Shown one piece after another: positions 39,883-49,508 of a DNA stretch of 64,000 bases (the stretch's first letter is position 1; every line of letters begins with the position of its first letter). The stretch lies in contig CBDCJH010000002.1 of the NCBI GenBank assembly GCA_965217775.1, positions 2,880,001 to 2,944,000 on the forward strand. The letters run 5' to 3'. The stretch is from Acidobacteriota bacterium. Its GTDB lineage: Bacteria; Acidobacteriota; UBA6911; RPQK01; JAJDTT01. The notes beneath the pieces were generated by a model, which was given only the letters and a program-made list of their open reading frames with translations, was not told where the DNA came from and ran no database searches. The position numbers were made by a program, and so were the translations under genes.

Positions 39883-42588
39883 TCAACTACAGCCTGAAGT
39901 GGTGCCGCAGACGGTGCAGATGTAGCAGTTTCCGTTTCGCTGCATCAGGTTTCCGCACTGGAGGCAGGCAGGCGAGTCCGCCTGAACGTCCTGAACCAGC
40001 TTTCCTGACGGGCTGGCCGGTTCGGCAGACCGGGAGTACTCGGAAAAACTCACCTGGACGCCATCCTGGACGCTTCCGTTGGGCTGAACCTGGTGGATGC
40101 CAAGCGCCTCCTGGATCTCGGTGTCGAGGAATCGACTCGCCAAGTACCGGACCACGTAGTCGGGAATGGAGGTCGCGAACGGAATCTGGGGATTGTCGGT
40201 GAATCCAGCCGGCTCGAAGCTCATGTGGGAGAACATCCGGACATAGTCCTCCAGCGGCACTCCGCGTTGAACCCCCATGGAAATGGCGATGGCCCAAGCC
40301 ATGGCCATGCCCTGCAGCGTGGAACCTTGCTTCGAGAAATTGACGAATATTTCGCCCAATTCTTCGTCTTCCGGATACATCCCCATGGTCAGGAAACCCT
40401 TGAAACCACGGATTCGGAATTCGTGCTGTAGCGCCGGGTGATCCTTGGGCATGTTCCGGTGCTGAGCCGCGAGGCCCTGGCGGCCGCTGTCCTTGGTCGA
40501 AAGCGGCTGGACCAGCTTGCATCCGTCCCGGTAGATGGAAACGGACTTCATCCCGTGTTTCCAGCCCTGGATATAGGCATCCTTGATCTCTTCGACCGTG
40601 GCCGTATTGGGCAGGTTGACGGTCTTGGAAATCGCTCCGGAGAGGAAGGGCTGTACGGCGCCGCACATCTTGATGTGCCCCATGGGATGAATGGAACGGA
40701 CCCCCTTTGCCGGAGTGTCCGCGCAATCGAACACGGGGAGATGGTCCCTCACCAGGTTGGGCGCACCCTCTACCGTATCTTTCCGGTTGATGTAGTCCAG
40801 AATCGCCTTCTGCTCCCCCTCGTCGTATCCTAGAGTCCGGAGCGCGCGGGGAATGGTGTGGTTGACGATCTTGAGGGTGCCTCCGCCGACCAGCTTCTTG
40901 ATCTTCATCAGTGAGAAGTCCGGCTCGATGCCGGTGGTGTCGCAATCCATCATGAAGGCGATGGTTCCCGTCGGCGCCAGCAGAGTCACCTGTGCGTTCC
41001 GGAAGCCCGATTGAGTCCCCTTCTCGATGGCTTCGTCCCAAACTTCCATGCCGGCGTGAAGCAGGTTCATGGGCACCAGGGCCGAATCGATCTGGGAGAG
41101 GGCGCTCCGGTGCTTGTGGATGACACCCATCATGGGAATACGGTTGCTTTCGAAGCCGGCGAACGTCCCCATGCGCTCGGCGATCCGGGCGCTGGTCAAG
41201 TAGGCCTGTCCCGTCATCAGCGCGGCGATGGCGGCGGCCGTGTTCCGCGCCTGGTCGCTGTCGTAGGGCAGACCCTGCGCCATCAGGTACGCGCCCAGAT
41301 TCGCGTATCCCAAACCCAACGTCCTGAAGTCGTGACTGATCTCTTCGATCTCTTCGGTGGGATAGCTGGAGTTGTCGACGATGATCTCCTGGGCCAGGAT
41401 CAGGACGGATACGGCATGGCGGAAGGACTTGGTGTCGAACTGTCCGTCCGGCTTCAGGAACTTCATCAAGTTCAGAGAGGACAGATTGCATGCCGAGTTG
41501 TCGAGGAAGACGTACTCGGAGCAAGGATTGCAGGCATTGATGGGGCCGGCGTTGGGACTGGTGTGCCACTCGTTGAGAGTGGTCTTGAATTGCAGGCCGG
41601 GATCGCCGCACTGCCACGCCGCCTCGGCAATCCACTGCATCATATCGCCAGCCTTGTAGACGCGGTGGACCTTGCCGTCGGTGACCCGGCGAGTTCGCCA
41701 CTCGCCGTCCGCAATCACCGCTTTCATGAATTCATCCGTCACCCCGACGCTGTTGTTGGCATTCTGAAACTGGACGGACCGGTAGGCTTCACCATCGATG
41801 GAGTCGTCGTATCCCAACTCGATCAGTTGCTGAGCCTTCTTCTCTTCCTTGGCCTTGCACCAGATGTACTCCTCGATGTCGGGATGTTCGGCGTCCAGGA
41901 TGACCATCTTGGCGGCCCGGCGCGTTGCGCCGCCGCTCTTGATCGCTCCGGCGAAGCTGTCATATCCCCGCATGAAGGAGACGGGACCCGAGGCAAAGCC
42001 GCCGGCGGCGAGGGGTTCCGTGGAGGCACGGATCCTGGACAGGTTCACGCCGGAGCCTGACCCGCCCTTGAAAATGGTGGCTTCGGTCCGGGCCAGCTTC
42101 ATGATGTGCTCCATGGAATCGTCCACGGTGTTGATGAAGCAGGCAGAGCACTGGGGCTTCTTCCTGATCCCGACGTTGAACTGGACCGGCGAGTTGAACG
42201 CCGCCATCTGATGCAACAGCAGGTAGGTCAGCTCGTAGTTGAAGGTCTTGGCGCCCTGGTCCGAATCGAAATAATCCATCTTGGAACCCCAACCCGTGAT
42301 GGTGTCGACGATGCGCCCGATAAGCTGCTTGACGCTCCGCTCCCGCCCGGGGGTTCCCAGATGGCCGCGGAAGTACTTGCTGGAGACGATGTCGGTGGCC
42401 CGTTGGGACCAGAACTTGGGAAACTCCAGATCGTCTTGGCGGAAGCTGACCTTACCCGTCTTCCAATCCTTGATTTCAGCGGAACGAGTCTCCCATTCCA
42501 CGTCGTCGAAGGGATGGATGTCGGGTCTGGAGAAATGGTGCTCCAATCGAATGCGAGACCCAGATACCGCTTCCGCCAGCTTCCCCAT
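39883..42588 (-). CDS. nrdJ: Vitamin B12-dependent class II ribonucleotide reductase
   Basis: FNSP, QCSACFI, RRAAKM, NPCSE, ACNLSSLNL, LGLGYANLG, APTGTI, YRDG, C-terminal CxxC..CxxCGTTSGCS. Confidence 0.95.
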   Translation of the reverse strand: MGKLAEAVSGSRIRLEHHFSRPDIHPFDDVEWETRSAEIKDWKTGKVSFRQDDLEFPKFWSQRATDIVSSKYFRGHLGTPGRERSVKQLIGRIVDTITGWGSKMDYFDSDQGAKTFNYELTYLLLHQMAAFNSPVQFNVGIRKKPQCSACFINTVDDSMEHIMKLARTEATIFKGGSGSGVNLSRIRASTEPLAAGGFASGPVSFMRGYDSFAGAIKSGGATRRAAKMVILDAEHPDIEEYIWCKAKEEKKAQQLIELGYDDSIDGEAYRSVQFQNANNSVGVTDEFMKAVIADGEWRTRRVTDGKVHRVYKAGDMMQWIAEAAWQCGDPGLQFKTTLNEWHTSPNAGPINACNPCSEYVFLDNSACNLSSLNLMKFLKPDGQFDTKSFRHAVSVLILAQEIIVDNSSYPTEEIEEISHDFRTLGLGYANLGAYLMAQGLPYDSDQARNTAAAIAALMTGQAYLTSARIAERMGTFAGFESNRIPMMGVIHKHRSALSQIDSALVPMNLLHAGMEVWDEAIEKGTQSGFRNAQVTLLAPTGTIAFMMDCDTTGIEPDFSLMKIKKLVGGGTLKIVNHTIPRALRTLGYDEGEQKAILDYINRKDTVEGAPNLVRDHLPVFDCADTPAKGVRSIHPMGHIKMCGAVQPFLSGAISKTVNLPNTATVEEIKDAYIQGWKHGMKSVSIYRDGCKLVQPLSTKDSGRQGLAAQHRNMPKDHPALQHEFRIRGFKGFLTMGMYPEDEELGEIFVNFSKQGSTLQGMAMAWAIAISMGVQRGVPLEDYVRMFSHMSFEPAGFTDNPQIPFATSIPDYVVRYLASRFLDTEIQEALGIHQVQPNGSVQDGVQVSFSEYSRSAEPASPSGKLVQDVQADSPACLQCGNLMQRNGNCYICTVCGTTSGCS

Positions 42589-42637
42589 ACTCCCCTCCCG
42601 AAAAACTGAATGATTGAATTCTAAAAAAAGTGCGCGG

Positions 42638-42646
42638 ATTGTAGCA
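42638..42646 (-). promoter_or_regulatory. Extended -10 element upstream of nrdJ
   Basis: TGCTACAAT on the minus strand about 50 bp before the ATG. Confidence 0.45.
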
Positions 42647-42772
42647 GGGGACTCTGACAGGTTGGGGAGCGGACGGTTATCGTGCCGTCCAAGGACCGAA
42701 GTGGCACCTCAGTTTCCTCCGATCGATTCCTTTGAGACCCGGCACCTTTGGCCTGGGACCAAAGATCGCCCC

Positions 42773-43462
42773 TCAGGAGGGCCGTCTTCCGAACAACTTC
42801 GATCCGATCCGGAGCAACGTGGCCCCTTCCTCAATGGCCACACGGTAGTCGTGGCTCATTCCCATAGAAAGCCCGGTTACGGGTTCCGACCGGGATTGGC
42901 TGACTTCCCGGGCAAATCGGGCCAATTGCCGAAAATAGGGTCTCGATGCTTCCGGGTCCACGGCAAAGGGCGGAATCGCCATCAGGCCCTGGAGGACCAG
43001 AGGCGGCGACCGGTCCACCAGCCGCACGAGCTGTCCCACGGCTTCAGGGTCGGCTCCGTACTTTTGCTTTTCCCGGCCGATGTTGACCTGGATATAGACG
43101 GAGAGAACCTTTTCCATCTCCCGGGCGCAGCGGGCAACCCTGGAGATGAGCTTCTCGCTGTCCAGAGTCTGGATCACGTCGAAGATCTGAACCGCTCGGC
43201 GCACTTTATTGGATTGGAGATGGCCGATCAGATGCCACTCCAGTGCGGGGCCGCCCACGGCAGGAATCTTGGCCGCGGCCTCCTGAACCCGATTCTCGCC
43301 GAACCGGGTCTGGCCGGCCGCGACGGCGTTGGAAACGACCGGGGCGGGAAACACCTTGGTCACGGCCAGGAGCTGAATGTCGCGCCCGTCTCGACCACAG
43401 GACCGGGCCGTCCGGTCGATTTCATCCAGCAGACTCTCCCGTCGGGATCTAAAATCGTGCAT
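42773..43462 (-). CDS. yggS: YggS family PLP homeostasis protein
   Basis: LLAVTK, FGENRVQE, WHLIGHLQSNK, LSMGMSHDY, RIGSKLFG; start moved to ATG at 43462, with TATACT 8 nt upstream. Confidence 0.93.
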   Translation of the reverse strand: MHDFRSRRESLLDEIDRTARSCGRDGRDIQLLAVTKVFPAPVVSNAVAAGQTRFGENRVQEAAAKIPAVGGPALEWHLIGHLQSNKVRRAVQIFDVIQTLDSEKLISRVARCAREMEKVLSVYIQVNIGREKQKYGADPEAVGQLVRLVDRSPPLVLQGLMAIPPFAVDPEASRPYFRQLARFAREVSQSRSEPVTGLSMGMSHDYRVAIEEGATLLRIGSKLFGRRPS

Positions 43463-43493
43463 TGTCAGCCAGTATATCTGAGAGCATCGCGAC

Positions 43494-43557
43494 GTAGGGG
43501 CACCCCTGGTGGGTGCCCGCTGTCGGGGCTCACTCATCGGCCCGGGGACGGCGACCA
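43494..43557 (+). repeat. GTAG-type REP-like palindrome with conserved tail
   Basis: GTAG-GGGCACCC-CTGGT-GGGTGCCC followed by about 40 bp shared with 61040-61097. Confidence 0.7.
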
Positions 43558-43636
43558 ACAAATCCTATGGTACTATGACCAACCTTTGTTTCAGGACGAG
43601 GCGGGGGGCTTGCTTCTCGGCATCGGCGGAGGCCCT

Positions 43637-44275
43637 GTGGGCCGATTCATTGCACTCGAAGGCATCGAGGGTTCGGGAAAGACTCTGCAGCTGAAGCTGC
43701 TGTCGGAGGAGTTCAAGAGACGCAATATCCCGATCGTCGTGACCCGGGAGCCGGGCGGGACTCCCTTCGGATCCCGACTGCGCCGCATCCTCCTGGAATC
43801 CGAAGGACCCGACCGGGAGGCCGAGGCGGAACTGCTGCTGTACCTGGCGGACCGGTTCCAACATCTGGCGGAGGTGATCGAACCGGCGCTCCAACAGGGG
43901 CGAACGGTCCTCTGCGATCGCTACCACACCGCGACGCTGGCCTACCAGGGGTACGCCCGCGGCATCGGGTTCTCCCGGGTCGATGAGCTCGCCCGCCCTC
44001 TCCGGATCCGCATGCCCGATCTGACTCTGATCCTGGATCTGGAGGTGGAATCCGGGTTGGCGCGCGCCTGCAGGAGGAATGCCGTCGAGGGCAACCAGGC
44101 TTGGGGCCGCTTCGAAGCCGAAACCATGCGGTTCCACCGGCGGGTCCGAGAGGGTTATCGACTGCTGGCACAGCGAGATCCGGACCGGATCTCGCTGGTT
44201 GACGGTTCCGGGAATCCACAAGAGACTCTGAAGAAACTGCTGGCCGAACTGGTGGAGAAAGGACTGATCGGCTAA
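43637..44275 (+). CDS. tmk: Thymidylate kinase
   Basis: FIALEGIEGSGKT, TREPGGT, LCDRY..TLAYQG, PDLT; GTG start with GGAGG. Confidence 0.95.
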   Translation: MGRFIALEGIEGSGKTLQLKLLSEEFKRRNIPIVVTREPGGTPFGSRLRRILLESEGPDREAEAELLLYLADRFQHLAEVIEPALQQGRTVLCDRYHTATLAYQGYARGIGFSRVDELARPLRIRMPDLTLILDLEVESGLARACRRNAVEGNQAWGRFEAETMRFHRRVREGYRLLAQRDPDRISLVDGSGNPQETLKKLLAELVEKGLIG

Positions 44276-44317
44276 CCCGCACTGCTCGCCGGGAGAGGCC
44301 GACGGCAAGAAGAAGAG

Positions 44318-45376
44318 ATGGCCGCCAAGCGTCGCGCCACCAAGCGCAGTCCGTCCGCTGGTTCCGGTTCCGGCGGGTCGTCAGGATACAGCCTGGTCCG
44401 TCTGAAGGATTTCATCGGGAACCAAGATCTCGTCAGCCGGGTGAAGAGAGCTTCCCTGCCCCAATCCGCCCTCTTTGCCGGGCCCGAAGGAGTCGGCAAG
44501 AAGACCCTGGCACTGGGTCTGGCCACCCGGACCGACTGCAGAAACCGGTCCGGAGAGGACTTCTGTGGAAACTGCGAATCGTGCTCGAAGGTGGCCGGAG
44601 GCAACCATCCGGACATCCGCCTCTTCCAGGCCACCGGGACTTCCATCGGGATCGAGACCATCCGGTATTTGACCCGGGAGGCCCGTTTCCGGCCCTTTCA
44701 AGGGGCCTACCGGGTCTTCATCGTGGACCAGGCGGAGAAGATGACCCGGGAAGCCGCCAACTCCATCCTCAAGACGCTGGAAGAACCGGCCGACACCAGC
44801 CGGATCATCTTGACGACGGCCTTCCCCAACCGGCTCCTCCCAACCATTCGATCCCGATGCCAACTCTTCGTTTTCCGACCCTTGACACGCAACCAGCTCG
44901 GAAATTATCTCGAGATCCGATATGGAGCGGAAGAGGCGGAGCAACGGGCGGCATTCGCCGGAGGAAGCATCGGACGAGCCCTGCGATTGGACCTGGAGCG
45001 AACGCTGCAGGACCGGGACCGGGTTCTGACCATGCTCCAACAGTGGCTGTCGAACGCTTCCTTCACCCAACTCTTCGAGGCTTGTGAGAAAGAACCCATG
45101 CGCAGGGACCTCAAGAACCGGGACCGAGTTCGAGAACATCTGGAAATATTGCGGCATCTGGGTGAAGACCTGTATTTCCTTCGAACCGGGACCGAGTCCA
45201 GAATGGTGAACCTGGATCGCCGGGAGCGGTTGCTGGAACTGGCGGAAAGAGTCGATCTGGACTGGATCCGGGATCTTCTATACCATCTCCGGGAGGCACG
45301 CGAGGATCTGGACAGGAACGTTCAGCCCCTCTTCTGCTTCGAAACCCTCTGGTTGAAATTGGCCGGAAGGGCATGA
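44318..45376 (+). CDS. holB: DNA polymerase III subunit delta-prime
   Basis: GPEGVGK, CGNCESC, HPD, AANSILKTLEEP, TIRSRC; follows tmk. Confidence 0.92.
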   Translation: MAAKRRATKRSPSAGSGSGGSSGYSLVRLKDFIGNQDLVSRVKRASLPQSALFAGPEGVGKKTLALGLATRTDCRNRSGEDFCGNCESCSKVAGGNHPDIRLFQATGTSIGIETIRYLTREARFRPFQGAYRVFIVDQAEKMTREAANSILKTLEEPADTSRIILTTAFPNRLLPTIRSRCQLFVFRPLTRNQLGNYLEIRYGAEEAEQRAAFAGGSIGRALRLDLERTLQDRDRVLTMLQQWLSNASFTQLFEACEKEPMRRDLKNRDRVREHLEILRHLGEDLYFLRTGTESRMVNLDRRERLLELAERVDLDWIRDLLYHLREAREDLDRNVQPLFCFETLWLKLAGRA

Positions 45377-45377
45377 C

Positions 45378-46076
45378 ATGTACGAATTGCTCACCTTGAG
45401 ATTCGGACTCCGAAAATCGATCGGCAGATTCCTGGCGACGAACATGAGCTTTCGGGTTGGAGACCGCTGTGTGGTCTCCACCGAGCGGGGCGTGGAACTG
45501 GGGATGGTTCTCGACAGTCACCAACTCGACACCGACGGGACCACGGAAACAACCCTGGGCAAGGCTCTGCGACGGGCGACGGAACGGGACCTCTACCTGT
45601 ACGAGAAAAAGAAGGACTGGGAGAATACGGCCTACCGTCTTTGCCGCAAGCAGATCAAGGCCCACAAGCTTCCCATGAAGCTGTCCGAAGTCGAGTACAT
45701 CTTCGACGGAAGCCGAGTCATCATCTACTTCACCGCTAATCGTCGAGTCGACTTTCGACGTCTGGTCAAACAGTTGGCGCGCCGCCTGAGGACCAGAATC
45801 GAAATGCGCCAAGTAGGGGCTCGAGATGAGGCCAAACTTGTCGGTGGACTGGGTTGCTGTGGTCTGGGGCAGAATTGCTCGGCTCTTTTCCTGAAGGAAC
45901 TGAAGTCGGTGAGCGTACGGACGGTCAAGCGTCAGAACTTGAGAATGAGCATGAACCGGCTCTCCGGCATGTGCGGCCGACTCAAGTGCTGTCTGAACTA
46001 CGAGGTCGACACCTCTCGCCGAAGATGCACGAAACGCCGGCGGCGGCGACGGGGCAAACGACCGAGGACGAACTGA
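45378..46076 (+). CDS. PSP1 domain protein (RicT/YaaT-like)
   Basis: YFTANRRVDFRRLVK, TRIEMRQVGARDEAK, GLGCCG, LSGMCGRLKCCLNYE. Confidence 0.92.
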   Translation: MYELLTLRFGLRKSIGRFLATNMSFRVGDRCVVSTERGVELGMVLDSHQLDTDGTTETTLGKALRRATERDLYLYEKKKDWENTAYRLCRKQIKAHKLPMKLSEVEYIFDGSRVIIYFTANRRVDFRRLVKQLARRLRTRIEMRQVGARDEAKLVGGLGCCGLGQNCSALFLKELKSVSVRTVKRQNLRMSMNRLSGMCGRLKCCLNYEVDTSRRRCTKRRRRRRGKRPRTN

Positions 46077-46179
46077 CCGTCCGCCCTGTCACTTTCGCTG
46101 GCACCTCCGATCCCACTTCCGGGTAATTCCAAATTCCACCCAGGGGACCGGAAACCGGCGGTAGCCTTTTCGCCCTTGA

Positions 46180-46228
46180 TTCATTATAGATAGTAAATAT
46201 TGATGCCATATTTGCTATCTATAATGAA
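46180..46228. repeat. AT-rich 21-bp inverted repeat
   Basis: TTCATTATAGATAGTAAATAT-TGATGCC-ATATTTGCTATCTATAATGAA (20 of 21 paired) between convergent genes. Confidence 0.85.
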
Positions 46229-46392
46229 ATAGTCCCGATTCCGCATAGGTTGAGCCACGAATGCTCGTCGATTCGCGCAAGACAGGGAAAGTATGGAACG
46301 AGGGACCGGCTGATCAGGAACCCTCCGCACTCCTTGGACGGCTGGGGGGCGACGTTCCGGATTCGCCGCTCGGGGGGGGACTTCCCTCTTCT

Positions 46393-46815
46393 TCAGTCGG
46401 CCCCTCTGCCCAGCTTCTGTTCCAGGAGCTTCGCCCGGCGCTCGAATTCGGGAGCCTTTTTGGAGTCGGGCACGGCCTTGAGGAAGTCTCGGCAAGCCTG
46501 GATCGCCTGGCCGTACTGGGCCATGGTCTCCAGGGTCTTGACCAGTTTCTCGTAACCCTTGGGCCATTCGGGGCCGTAGAGAATCGCTTCCCGGTAGCGG
46601 ATTTCGGCCGCCTTGTAATTATCCCGCTTGTAGTAGAAGTTTCCGATCTCGACAGCCTTGCGGGCCTTATCCGGATCCGGCTCCGGAGGGACCTCCTCCT
46701 GCTCCTTGGCGGAAGCGTCATCCGCTCGAATCAGGACCGGCTTGCGCCCCAATCTCCGATCCTGGAGGGGAAGTGTCAAAGCGAGAAGCAAAAGTGGATA
46801 GGAAAGGGCCCTCAT
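46393..46815 (-). CDS. Small exported TPR protein (BamD/YfiO-like repeat)
   Basis: Signal peptide, IGNFYYKRDNYKAAEIRYREA; start moved to ATG at 46815. Confidence 0.75.
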   Translation of the reverse strand: MRALSYPLLLLALTLPLQDRRLGRKPVLIRADDASAKEQEEVPPEPDPDKARKAVEIGNFYYKRDNYKAAEIRYREAILYGPEWPKGYEKLVKTLETMAQYGQAIQACRDFLKAVPDSKKAPEFERRAKLLEQKLGRGAD

Positions 46816-46828
46816 ACTGCCGCAACCC

Positions 46829-46879
46829 AGTCTATTTGCGGCGCTACGACTTGTCAAAAACAAGTCTCTATGTTAGGCT
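46829..46879. promoter_or_regulatory. Overlapping divergent sigma70 promoters
   Basis: Minus strand: TTGACA(46857-52)-17-TAGACT(46834-29). Plus strand: TTGTCA(46851-56)-17-TAGGCT(46874-79) with TGn. Confidence 0.6.
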
Positions 46880-46980
46880 TTTCGAGACAGCACTTTAGGA
46901 GATTCTACTCTCCCCTTTATTGGTTCCTTTCATTTCAACCACAGTAAGTAGAGCAAGACTCAGCCTAGGATGAGGTCACC

Positions 46981-47313
46981 ATGGTTAACCGAAAACTGAT
47001 AAGACCCTCACTTTCGGGACTGCGGGAACAGAGCTCCCTCAAGTACGCTGACGGTCCGAAGCGGCGAGTCCCCCCCGAACAGACCAACGCGGAGCAGTAC
47101 TACTATCTGAAGCAGATGACGGGGAAAACCCCCATGGTGGTGCGACTCATCGATGGAGAGGAGATTCGGGGAGTCATCGAATGGTACGACCGAAACTGCA
47201 TCAAGGTGAACCGGGAAACCGAGCCGAATCTCCTGATCCCGAAAAGCGTGATCAAGTACATCTTCAAGCAGAATGAAGACAAGCGGGGGCTGGGACCCAG
47301 ACGGCGCATCTGA
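46981..47313 (+). CDS. Hfq-like Sm-fold RNA-binding protein (Acidobacteria type)
   Basis: YYLKQMTGKTPMVVRLIDGEEIRGVIEWYD (Sm1-like) and LLIPKSVIKYI (Sm2-like). Confidence 0.75.
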   Translation: MVNRKLIRPSLSGLREQSSLKYADGPKRRVPPEQTNAEQYYYLKQMTGKTPMVVRLIDGEEIRGVIEWYDRNCIKVNRETEPNLLIPKSVIKYIFKQNEDKRGLGPRRRI

Positions 47314-47314
47314 G

Positions 47315-47959
47315 TCAGGAGCCCTCCAGTCCCAGATTGTATGCCCGCCCCAGAGCCCGAAGGTTCAGATTCACCAGATCTTCCGTCCTGAATTCCAGAC
47401 CCGCCTGCAGAGCCTGGTCGAACTCGGCGGCGTCCGCAAACTTGTAGGCCGGCAGGAGATAGCCCTGCGCCAGCAGAAACCAGTGGGCGAGCAATGAGAC
47501 CGCGACCTCCGTTCCTTCCCCGAACGGATAGACTTCGTGGAGTCGGATCTGGGTCACCGTGACCTGCGCCACGACGTGCATCTCGGCAAAGCCCGGACTG
47601 CGGGTCCACTCGAAGAACCGGTCCAGGGCCGGCCCCACCGCCCCCGGCTCGAGCGGCGCGTGAGCAGGACCCAGAGGCTTGGCGGGGACCCGGCGCAGTC
47701 CAGCCTTCGTCCCGGGAATGATGGCGTCGCGCAAGGCAATCAGACCCTCGCGGTCCGGACACCTCCCGCCGCGCGCCAGCTTCAACAGAAATCGAAATCC
47801 GCCGGTGACGACCGGCTCCGCCAATCCACCCCGGAACCCTTCGAACTCCACCAATCCGGGTAGAATCCGCTGCCGGAGCAGTTCGTGGGAATCCGGATTT
47901 CCGGCTTCGAAGAGCTGCTTCTTCCGTGCCAGAGCCGCAAACCTGAGGGCCGTCCTCAC
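47315..47959 (-). CDS. Fic-fold protein with a degenerate active-site motif
   Basis: GLRR, ALDRFFEW, MHVVAQ..LHEVYPFGEGTEVAVSLL in place of HPFxDGNGRxxR; GTG start at 47959 inferred. Confidence 0.6.
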   Translation of the reverse strand: MRTALRFAALARKKQLFEAGNPDSHELLRQRILPGLVEFEGFRGGLAEPVVTGGFRFLLKLARGGRCPDREGLIALRDAIIPGTKAGLRRVPAKPLGPAHAPLEPGAVGPALDRFFEWTRSPGFAEMHVVAQVTVTQIRLHEVYPFGEGTEVAVSLLAHWFLLAQGYLLPAYKFADAAEFDQALQAGLEFRTEDLVNLNLRALGRAYNLGLEGS

Positions 47960-48017
47960 CGGTGTCCCCGGACTCGGACCGATGCTGCGAGACAGCGAAC
48001 CACCAATACCTGACGAT

Positions 48018-49508
48018 TCATGAATCCGGATAGCGTGACGCCAGCTCAACCATGGTTCGCACACCGAAGCCGGTAGGCCCCTGGTTGGCGCCTCCCTCCT
48101 GAAACATGTCCACCCCGGCCATGTCGATGTGGCACCAGGGCGTATCACCGACGAATTCCTGGAGAAACTTGGCCGCCGTGACAGCGCCGGCCGCCCGCTT
48201 GCCCACGTTTTTGATGTCGGCAATGTGGCTGTCCAGGAGAGTCCGGTACTCGTCGTCCAGGGGAAGCCGCCAGAACTTTTCCCCGGCCCTTTCCGAGGCC
48301 TTGAAGAAGCTCTCCGCCAGCCGGTCATCATTGGAAAACAGCCCGGCCCGGACGTGTCCCAGCGCGATCACGCAGGCACCCGTGAGCGTGGCGATGTCCA
48401 CCATGCAAGCCGGTTTCAAACGCCGGGCAAAGTGCATGGCATCGGCCAGAATCAGCCGGCCCTCCGCGTCCGTGTTGAGAACCTCGATAGTCTTGCCGGA
48501 CATGGAGCGAACCACGTCGCCGGGACGCTGAGCCCGGCCGCCGGGCATGTTTTCGACTGCCGGAAGAATGCCCACCACGTTCTTGCGCAACCGCAGTTGG
48601 GAAACGGCCTTCATGGCGGCCAGAACGGCGCAGGCGCCAGCCTTGTCCGCTTTCATCTCCTCCATACCCTGGGAGGTCTTCAGGGAGAGCCCCCCGCTGT
48701 CGAAGGTCACCCCCTTGCCGATCAGCACCACCGGCGGGGCGCCGCTATCCTCGGCTCCGAGGTGCTTCAAGACGATCATCCTGGCCGGCTCGTCACTCCC
48801 CCGAGCCACGGCCAAGAGAGCCCCCATGCCCTCGTCCTCCATGGCCGGCTCATCCAGGATCTCGATCCGGAGATCCGACTTCTCCGCAATGGAGCGGGCC
48901 TTCTCGGCCAGCCGCGAGGGATTGACCCTGTTCCCGGGCTGATTGACCAGGGACCGGGCCAGATTGGTAGCCTCCCCCAGAATCTGCCCGCGATTCAAGC
49001 CCTCCTGCAACTCGGTCGTCCGCGCCGGGTCGCCGGAGCAGAATAGCGCCTGGCCGATTTTGGTCCGGCTTCGATCCCGAGTCTTGTATTCGTCCGGTTC
49101 ATAGCACCCGATGACCAGGCCCTCGGCACACGCCTGGATCGAGAGGGCGGAATCCAATGCATCCCAGCCTGCAACGGCAATGCGTTCGACTTCGGAGCCT
49201 CGAAAATTGCGCACCACCTGAACCATCCGATCGCGAAGACGGGCGCCGTCGCAATCGCCGCGTCTCCCGGCTCCCAGCAGAACCAGACGGCGCGCCGAGA
49301 CCTCCGCGGGCCTGTGAATCACCAGGATGTCACCATTGCCCCCCGTCCACTCTCCGCTGGCGGTCAACTCCGCCAGCAGGCCATCCAGGCGTTCATCCGC
49401 CGACCGGATCAGCCGGCCGGACTCCTCCTCCTGATGGAGAATCAGCACTACGGCATCGCAGTCCAGGCGATGCCAACTCGAATCGACCACACCAAATTCC
49501 ATGCTCAT
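48018..49508 (-). CDS. pepA: Leucyl aminopeptidase (M17)
   Basis: GKGVTFDSGGLSLK, MKADKAG, NTDAEGRL, ATLTGA, WCHIDMAG. Confidence 0.95.
   Translation of the reverse strand: MSMEFGVVDSSWHRLDCDAVVLILHQEEESGRLIRSADERLDGLLAELTASGEWTGGNGDILVIHRPAEVSARRLVLLGAGRRGDCDGARLRDRMVQVVRNFRGSEVERIAVAGWDALDSALSIQACAEGLVIGCYEPDEYKTRDRSRTKIGQALFCSGDPARTTELQEGLNRGQILGEATNLARSLVNQPGNRVNPSRLAEKARSIAEKSDLRIEILDEPAMEDEGMGALLAVARGSDEPARMIVLKHLGAEDSGAPPVVLIGKGVTFDSGGLSLKTSQGMEEMKADKAGACAVLAAMKAVSQLRLRKNVVGILPAVENMPGGRAQRPGDVVRSMSGKTIEVLNTDAEGRLILADAMHFARRLKPACMVDIATLTGACVIALGHVRAGLFSNDDRLAESFFKASERAGEKFWRLPLDDEYRTLLDSHIADIKNVGKRAAGAVTAAKFLQEFVGDTPWCHIDMAGVDMFQEGGANQGPTGFGVRTMVELASRYPDS

Noticed and set aside
42589-42772. 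Cobalamin riboswitch or NrdR boxes upstream of nrdJ
   Set aside because: No B12-box or NrdR-box consensus recognised
46180-46228. Protelomerase telRL site or dif site
   Set aside because: Shares CATTATA/TATAATG words with telRL, but the spacing is wrong and no protelomerase is present; no XerD arm (TTATGTTAAAT)
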